DNA of 53,883 nucleotides from Candidatus Levybacteria bacterium RIFCSPHIGHO2_01_FULL_37_33 (GTDB lineage Bacteria; Patescibacteriota; Microgenomatia; Levybacterales; UBA12049): NCBI GenBank assembly GCA_001782085.1, contig MFNM01000014.1, positions 1 to 53,883 of the forward strand, read 5' to 3'. Shown piece by piece: positions 48,332 to 53,883 of this stretch (position 1 is its first letter; each line of letters starts with the position of its first letter). The notes under the pieces were generated by a model. It saw only the letters and a program-made list of their open reading frames with translations, ran no database searches and was not told where the DNA came from. The position numbers and the translations under genes were made by a program.

Positions 48332-50217
48332 GGTGAGTAATTAATGGTTATATCCGATAAAATTGGCATTTGAGTAATGTCAGAAGTTGAAAGTGTAACT
48401 TTATACCTTAGACACCTTCCAGGATTCTGGTACGAAGGATTTACTGTCGTTGAAGGAAGAGCAGAGCTTGTTGCAAATGGCCCTGCATAAGAAAAAATTG
48501 CGTCCGAACAGCTATTGTTCACGGCAGCTGCCACTGCTACTTCATACTGCATTGACGTTGGGGGTGGAATAATGTGGTTAACAGTAAAGCTATTAAAATA
48601 GGCATCACTTCCTGCATCGAAAATCGGGGAAGTATATGTTCCGCTTGTTGCAAATTGCGCTCCTTCTATAATTTTAAGCTCAGCTTGCGCATCACCAGTA
48701 ATAATATAGGAATAGGTATCCCCATCCTGTTCAAGAACGGATGAAATACCGTTTACTCCGCTTTCTATATTTAAACCTCCGCAGCGAGTGGGGCTTGTCT
48801 CATTTGAAATATTGATGACTTGGTATTCCTCCCCACCTATTCCTACAAGAAGTGCTTTGTTCCCTGGAACAACAGTGACACCTTTTGGGTTCATGCCGTT
48901 TGCTTCATATGATCCAACAGTTGGCCTGTTTCCTGTTTTTGTCGAAACGTCTATTATAAAAAATTCTTTTTGCGAAGAAGAGGACTCGGTTGCAAGATAT
49001 ACCCGTGTTCCTGTTGAATTTACAAACACATCAGATGCTTCGTGTCCGTTAACATCCGCTTGTCCAACTATCGTTAAAGCTCTTCCTCCACTACCGACTT
49101 GAATAACCTGAAGTTCCAGTGTTCCTTCTGATATTGCAACATAAGCATAGCTTCCCACAACATAAACTTTTTTCCCGGTGCCGGCAAGCGTAACGCTTCC
49201 AAGTTGGGGTCGGGAACCGAACTTGCTTGACAGATCAAAAGTATATAACTGGTTACCATCAGTCATATATCCAATGTCGCCTAGAACAAAGACACTATTC
49301 CCAGTGCCATTTCCAGGAGCGTTGAAGTATCCTGCCTCCGAGTATTTACCATTTGTCGTGTGTGTTATATCAACAATTTCAATCTCCTTTGAATTGTTAT
49401 CAGTCGCAAGATATGCATAATCTGCTTCTCCAAATATCCCGTCATTAGTTTTAAACCCATCAAAAGTTCCCGAAATTATTGCGACAGGAGGATGGGTATT
49501 GCTTATTGTAACGCTGGCATAAGAAATGCCCGAGGAATTATCGCCCGTTCCGGCAAATGCTTTGCCTTCGATTGCAAATATTGCATTTGAAACCCCATTT
49601 TTTGGAAGATCAAGGGAGGCAATTGATAAATTTGGCAAGCACCAATCACCCCCGCCTCCAGCACCAAGCTGTACCTGTCCATCATTAGGAACAGAACTTC
49701 CAGTTGTTGCCGACACTGTCGCTCCCTGAACAGTTCCTGAGAAATCTGCAATTGTGGTATCTGTACGAACAGCATTATTATGCCGGGTGAGGTATGATTT
49801 TGCACTTACAGAGTTAGGGAAAGGTGAGTTCCACAAAACAGAAATGGTGAGAAGTTTGGTAGAGGGATCCAACGTTCCGCTTTGTGCAATATCTCCATTA
49901 CTGTCTCTTTTGACATCCTCAATAATTATTGATCGGGTAAAATTACCATCGATAAGCTCTGGTGCGCTCGTTAAGATCCACGTACTGCCTGAAACAATCG
50001 GATGATATGTTCCCGCAGAAAGATTGGACCAACCGTTTGCCCGTATAACTCGGATTGCTTCTTGTGCTTCATTTAAATATGCGCTTGCTTGTTGTCTTTG
50101 ATCTCTTACTGTCCTATTGTTTCGGGTTGAGACAAATCCGGTCAAAAGCGCCGGAAAAAAAATTGAAACCAAGGCAATAGTTAAAAGCAGCTCGATAAGA
50201 GATTGACCTTTTTGCAT
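48328..50217 (-). CDS. giant pseudopilin (629 aa) with LVIVD-like beta-propeller repeats
   Basis: MQKGQ/SLIELLLTIALVSIFF. Repeats of the type VYVVGSYAYVAISEGTLELQVIQV and VYLATESSSSQKEFFIIDVS...P. ATGA overlap downstream. Confidence 0.7.
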   Translation of the reverse strand: MQKGQSLIELLLTIALVSIFFPALLTGFVSTRNNRTVRDQRQQASAYLNEAQEAIRVIRANGWSNLSAGTYHPIVSGSTWILTSAPELIDGNFTRSIIIEDVKRDSNGDIAQSGTLDPSTKLLTISVLWNSPFPNSVSAKSYLTRHNNAVRTDTTIADFSGTVQGATVSATTGSSVPNDGQVQLGAGGGGDWCLPNLSIASLDLPKNGVSNAIFAIEGKAFAGTGDNSSGISYASVTISNTHPPVAIISGTFDGFKTNDGIFGEADYAYLATDNNSKEIEIVDITHTTNGKYSEAGYFNAPGNGTGNSVFVLGDIGYMTDGNQLYTFDLSSKFGSRPQLGSVTLAGTGKKVYVVGSYAYVAISEGTLELQVIQVGSGGRALTIVGQADVNGHEASDVFVNSTGTRVYLATESSSSQKEFFIIDVSTKTGNRPTVGSYEANGMNPKGVTVVPGNKALLVGIGGEEYQVINISNETSPTRCGGLNIESGVNGISSVLEQDGDTYSYIITGDAQAELKIIEGAQFATSGTYTSPIFDAGSDAYFNSFTVNHIIPPPTSMQYEVAVAAAVNNSCSDAIFSYAGPFATSSALPSTTVNPSYQNPGRCLRYKVTLSTSDITQMPILSDITINYSP

Positions 50218-50219
50218 TG

Positions 50220-50711
50220 TTAATTTATTTTCGTTATTACACCATATCGATTAACAGTAACTGTTTTTTTACCAAGTCCTTGGATGTTTTGAATGACTAT
50301 AGTATTCATGCCATCTGTAAATCCATTTAACTCTCCTGACTGATGAGAAAAAACGAGTGAATTGTCGGGGAATGTGCTATTGACAAACTCGAGATTGGAG
50401 CCTGGCATAATGGTAAAATTTGAAGAATTTGTGCTTGAATAAGTTATGCCGGTAAACAAAATATACCTATCAGACTGAAAATATATACCATAGCTTTCTC
50501 CTGTTCCACTATTGCCGGCACCAGCCATTGCTTTTGTTTGCTGACTTTTTATGTCTGAAACCAATGTATCAATCGCTGAATTTATTGAAGTTATTTTTTG
50601 GACATTCGCCAAATTAAATGTAACAAATCCAAATAAAAGAGCTATAATGCCAAAAACAATGCCTAGCTCAACAAGTGTAAACCCGCGTTCGGAATTGAAA
50701 ATTCTCTTCAT
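50220..50711 (-). CDS. minor pseudopilin (GspH/FimT-like)
   Basis: SERG/FTLVELGIVFGIIALLFGF, then LVSDIKSQQTKAMAG. Confidence 0.75.
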   Translation of the reverse strand: MKRIFNSERGFTLVELGIVFGIIALLFGFVTFNLANVQKITSINSAIDTLVSDIKSQQTKAMAGAGNSGTGESYGIYFQSDRYILFTGITYSSTNSSNFTIMPGSNLEFVNSTFPDNSLVFSHQSGELNGFTDGMNTIVIQNIQGLGKKTVTVNRYGVITKIN

Positions 50712-50713
50712 GA

Positions 50714-51766
50714 CTATGTTCCGCCAATATTACTAACCAATCCATAAATAGGAGCAATAATTGATATCATCATTCCTCCTACTAAGATAGACATAAATAT
50801 AAGCATAAGAGGTTCTAGTAAGGTAATTGATGTTTTAAGCATTCTGGAAACCTGGTAATCCATATAGGTTGATATGTCTCCCATCGACTTATCAAGTGTT
50901 CCCGTTTTCTCACCGGCTTCTACAATCTTAATCATAGTCCCTGAGAAAATATCTTTCCTTTCCTTAAGTGCTTGAGAAAGTCTTCGTCCCCCAAGAACAC
51001 TTTCTTGAGCATATTCTATGGATTTGGCAATATCTTGACGTATCACAACATCTTTTGCCAGCTGCAGAGCTGATGTTATGATAACGCCGGAGTTAAGTAA
51101 AAGATACATGCTCCTGAAGAATCGCGTCAAATCGACCCCCTTAATAATTATTGAGACAAAAGGAAGCGAATATAGCAAATGAAGGATAAACTTCCTTTGG
51201 AATCTGAACAAAAAATAGATGCCAAAACCTATACCAAGAAGTATAATCAAAAGTGGAAATGAATTATGCAAAATTGCATTTGAGGCAAAAATGAGAACAC
51301 GTGTTGGAAGCGGCAAGTCAGCACGCAGCTGTAAAAACACCGTAGAAATTTTTGGAATCACCACAACGAGGATTACCAGAAGCACTGCTAAAAAAACAAT
51401 AAGGACGATAAAAGGATACATTAACGCAGATTTCACCCCATCTGTAAATTCCATATCTTTCTGGATTTGATCTCTTAAATCCTTTAATACAATATTGAGT
51501 GTCCCTGCTTCTTCAGAGGCTTTAATAATATTTACAGACACCTTATCAAAAACTAATGGAAATCTAGAAAAACATACATGGAGAGGTTTTCCTTCAATTA
51601 GATCTTCCTCTATGGACATAAGGATTTTTTTCGTATTCCCTTTTGCATCCTCAAGAAGAGAGTCTACAGTTTCAAGAATTGGAATACCCGCATTTATCAT
51701 GGTAGAAAATGTGCCTATCATAGTTAATGTGTCATTGTTAGACAATCTAATATATTCAGTTTTCAT
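50714..51766 (-). CDS. pilC: type IV filament platform protein PilC (GspF family)
   Basis: Two T2SSF-like halves. C-terminus ITLLEPLMLIFMSILVGGMMISIIAPIY. Confidence 0.85.
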   Translation of the reverse strand: MKTEYIRLSNNDTLTMIGTFSTMINAGIPILETVDSLLEDAKGNTKKILMSIEEDLIEGKPLHVCFSRFPLVFDKVSVNIIKASEEAGTLNIVLKDLRDQIQKDMEFTDGVKSALMYPFIVLIVFLAVLLVILVVVIPKISTVFLQLRADLPLPTRVLIFASNAILHNSFPLLIILLGIGFGIYFLFRFQRKFILHLLYSLPFVSIIIKGVDLTRFFRSMYLLLNSGVIITSALQLAKDVVIRQDIAKSIEYAQESVLGGRRLSQALKERKDIFSGTMIKIVEAGEKTGTLDKSMGDISTYMDYQVSRMLKTSITLLEPLMLIFMSILVGGMMISIIAPIYGLVSNIGGT

Positions 51767-53442
51767 AGTGCCCCAACATTGGTGACTCGAAGTACTTCTT
51801 CAAATGTTGTTATTCCTTTTATAATCTTATCCAAGCCATCGTCAAGCATTGCGGTCATTCCTTCTTCAATGGCTCTTTGAGCAATAATATTGGAATCATT
51901 TTTTTCGGTGATAAGTTTCCGAATTTTATCTGTAATTTCAAGTACTTCAAAAATGCCAATTCTGCCCGAATAACCGGTAAAATGGCAGACCTTACATCCT
52001 CCCCCTTTACATATGTCAATATCTTCTGTCATGGGAAAATGTTTGTTAATCAAATCTTGCGAAATATTTTTTTCTATATCGGATCGTTTTAGCGTAATCT
52101 GTATTTTGCATGATTCGCAAATTTTTCGGACAAGTCTTTGGGCAATAATAATACTGACTGTTGAGGCAACAAGAAATGGCTCAACTTTCATATCAATTAG
52201 GCGAGGAAGCGCAGTTGCCGCGTCATTAGTATGTAGGGTTGAAACGACCAAATGACCGGTTAAGGCAGCATTCACAGCAATGCCCGCAGTTTCGCTGTCT
52301 CTAATTTCTCCAACAAAGATAATGTTTGGGTCTTGGCGCAAGATACTCCTTAAGCCGTCTGCAAATGTGAGATTTGTTTTTACATTGGCTTGAATTTGAT
52401 TTACTCTCTGAATCTTATACTCAACAGGATCTTCAATGGTGGTTATATTCTTTTCCCGTGTGTTTAAGATTTTAAGGAGCGCATAAATAGTGGTTGTTTT
52501 GCCGCTTCCAGTTGGGCCTGTTGATAAAATCATACCATTTGATTTATCTATTGCGCTGGTAACTTTTTTTAAATCTCGCTCATTCATGCCTAGGTCAAGG
52601 AGAGAAAATTGGCGATAATGAGAAGACAGAAGACGCAGCACTGCATTTTCCCCTTCTATTAATGGAATAATAGAAACACGCAAATCTAAATTATCCTCAT
52701 CGACAACGAGTCTAATCTTTCCATCCTGTGCGCTTAAATGTTCATCTGTTCTAAGTCTTGAAAGTATTTTAATGCGAGTTAAAATTCTATCATGTAATTT
52801 TTTATCTAAATATAGTACATCATGTAAAATACCATCTATCCTAAAACGAATCAATAAATCTTTTTCCTCCGGCTCAATGTGAATGTCAGATGCTTTGTCC
52901 CGGTATGCATATGTAATAAGAAGATCAACAATTTTTGCAATCGGCGCATCCCCGACATCACTGGCATTTTTACTAATCTCACTTTGAAGCAATTCGTCAA
53001 ATGATTTTTTCAAGTCTTTTCTGTATACCGCAAGTGTGTTCTGAATATCTCTTTCTGTTGCCAAGTATGGGGCTACTCTTTGTCCAGTTTTTTTAATAAT
53101 CATTTCCTGAAAATGCATGTCCGTGGGGTCTGACATAGCCAGTTTTATTCCGTCTGTGTCACGGGCAAAAGCAATGACTTTATATTTTCTAGCAAGTCTT
53201 TCCGGTACAATACGAAAAAGACTTTCAGGAATAGTAGTTTTTGATAGCGAAATGAATGGAAATTTTATATGAGCAGAAATTAAGAGGCCTAATCTCTCAT
53301 CGGTAATGACATCTTTTTCAATTGCTGCATCTTGCAATGAAATTCGAGCGTCCTTTGTAAAAGTTACTAAATCATCAAGGGTTTTCTGATCAGTACCCGC
53401 TCGAAAAAGAATAGTTTGTATTTGTTCATCGGGCAGGAGCAT
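51763..53442 (-). CDS. pilB: type IV filament assembly ATPase PilB (GspE family)
   Basis: GPTGSGKTT, LRQDPNIIFVGEIRD, TGHLVVSTLHTND, CESC...CKVC. Also 559 aa, collinear with 12558..14237. Confidence 0.9.
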   Translation of the reverse strand: MLLPDEQIQTILFRAGTDQKTLDDLVTFTKDARISLQDAAIEKDVITDERLGLLISAHIKFPFISLSKTTIPESLFRIVPERLARKYKVIAFARDTDGIKLAMSDPTDMHFQEMIIKKTGQRVAPYLATERDIQNTLAVYRKDLKKSFDELLQSEISKNASDVGDAPIAKIVDLLITYAYRDKASDIHIEPEEKDLLIRFRIDGILHDVLYLDKKLHDRILTRIKILSRLRTDEHLSAQDGKIRLVVDEDNLDLRVSIIPLIEGENAVLRLLSSHYRQFSLLDLGMNERDLKKVTSAIDKSNGMILSTGPTGSGKTTTIYALLKILNTREKNITTIEDPVEYKIQRVNQIQANVKTNLTFADGLRSILRQDPNIIFVGEIRDSETAGIAVNAALTGHLVVSTLHTNDAATALPRLIDMKVEPFLVASTVSIIIAQRLVRKICESCKIQITLKRSDIEKNISQDLINKHFPMTEDIDICKGGGCKVCHFTGYSGRIGIFEVLEITDKIRKLITEKNDSNIIAQRAIEEGMTAMLDDGLDKIIKGITTFEEVLRVTNVGAL

Positions 53443-53693
53443 ATTATATTTATACTAACATATATTACCTCTGAGTCAAATGTACGGAGTATTCCAATGT
53501 TTTGGTGCAGATTAAATAGCTTGCACTGAGCTCTCGGTCTGAGCTCGGGCACAAGGCTTGCCGAAGTGTGATCCGCTTAGTACCTTAAACAGACTGCGGG
53601 AGTTCTCTAAATTATTCCTATCTGACGGTCTAAATTCAGAGTTTGCCTATACATTTGGCCTGAAAAATGCATAGCAAAGTACAATAACAATTT

Positions 53694-53883
53694 TTAATAG
53701 CTGAGCACTTGCAAATTTGGAACTTTATCAAATCCCTTTTTATCTTTTGTGATAATCGTTTTTAGATTAAGGTCTTGCATATAAGCTAAATGGAAAGCAT
53801 CACGAGGATGAAAGTTAAAACTGCCAATATTTTCTACGGTTTGCTTGACGCCAGCTTCAAAATTATTCTCAAATTGAACTATT
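53694..53883 (-). CDS. PIN-domain protein, C-terminal 62 codons (5' end outside window)
   Basis: Hand translation of the minus strand: ...NFHPRDAFHLAYMQDLNLKTIITKDKKGFDKVPNLQVLSY, with the stop at 53694-53696. Not in the ORF track because it has no start in the window. Confidence 0.6.
   Translation of the reverse strand, partial: IVQFENNFEAGVKQTVENIGSFNFHPRDAFHLAYMQDLNLKTIITKDKKGFDKVPNLQVLSY

Noticed and set aside
1-53883. Alternative genetic code (UGA recoding, as in some CPR lineages)
   Set aside because: Conserved proteins end at TGA at their expected lengths (for example UPF0182 at 1635-1637). ATGA stop/start overlaps are frequent, and no conserved domain is interrupted by an in-frame TGA.

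Overview
AT-rich, gene-dense bacterial window using the standard genetic code (TGA is a real stop and there are many ATGA stop/start overlaps). The gene content suggests a Candidate Phyla Radiation/Patescibacteria-type genome (inference): two type IV filament loci, UPF0182, tiny stand-alone GIY-YIG genes, GC-rich palindromic repeats and leaderless-looking starts. About 55 CDS and 4 tRNAs are supported. Locus A (3922-18494, minus strand) is one co-directional string: GH18, HAMP-PAS histidine kinase, three receiver-only CheY-like proteins, PilB, PilC, pseudopilins including a 590-aa one, a secreted 7-blade propeller fused to a LytM/M23-like domain, more pseudopilins, an inserted RAYT/IS200-like unit, the major pilin and a LytR_C membrane protein. 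Locus B (45998-53442, minus strand) is a leaner paralogous copy without those accessories. Between them lie a REP-doublet (REPIN-like) family around a second RAYT gene, with one copy inside the rnhB coding sequence; dinB; an ATP-cone/Mrr-like nuclease; a 1104-aa three-module membrane protein coupled to a MacAB-like exporter; a tRNA/GIY-YIG hotspot with a truncated tRNA; an HTH-PIN toxin-antitoxin pair; glgA; a GT4 gene bracketed by intact rnhB and a diverged rnhB 3' relic; yvcK; secG; and uvrA and uvrC split by a transglutaminase-like gene. No CRISPR array, cas genes, rRNA, integrase or prophage structural genes were seen. The best candidate for a new system is the kinase/3xCheY/wall-enzyme-decorated filament locus A. 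The repeat and mobile-element biology (REPIN/RAYT, GIY-YIG/tRNA, heptamer repeats in prepilin leaders) is also worth a second look. All family calls come from motif recognition by eye, not from database searches.
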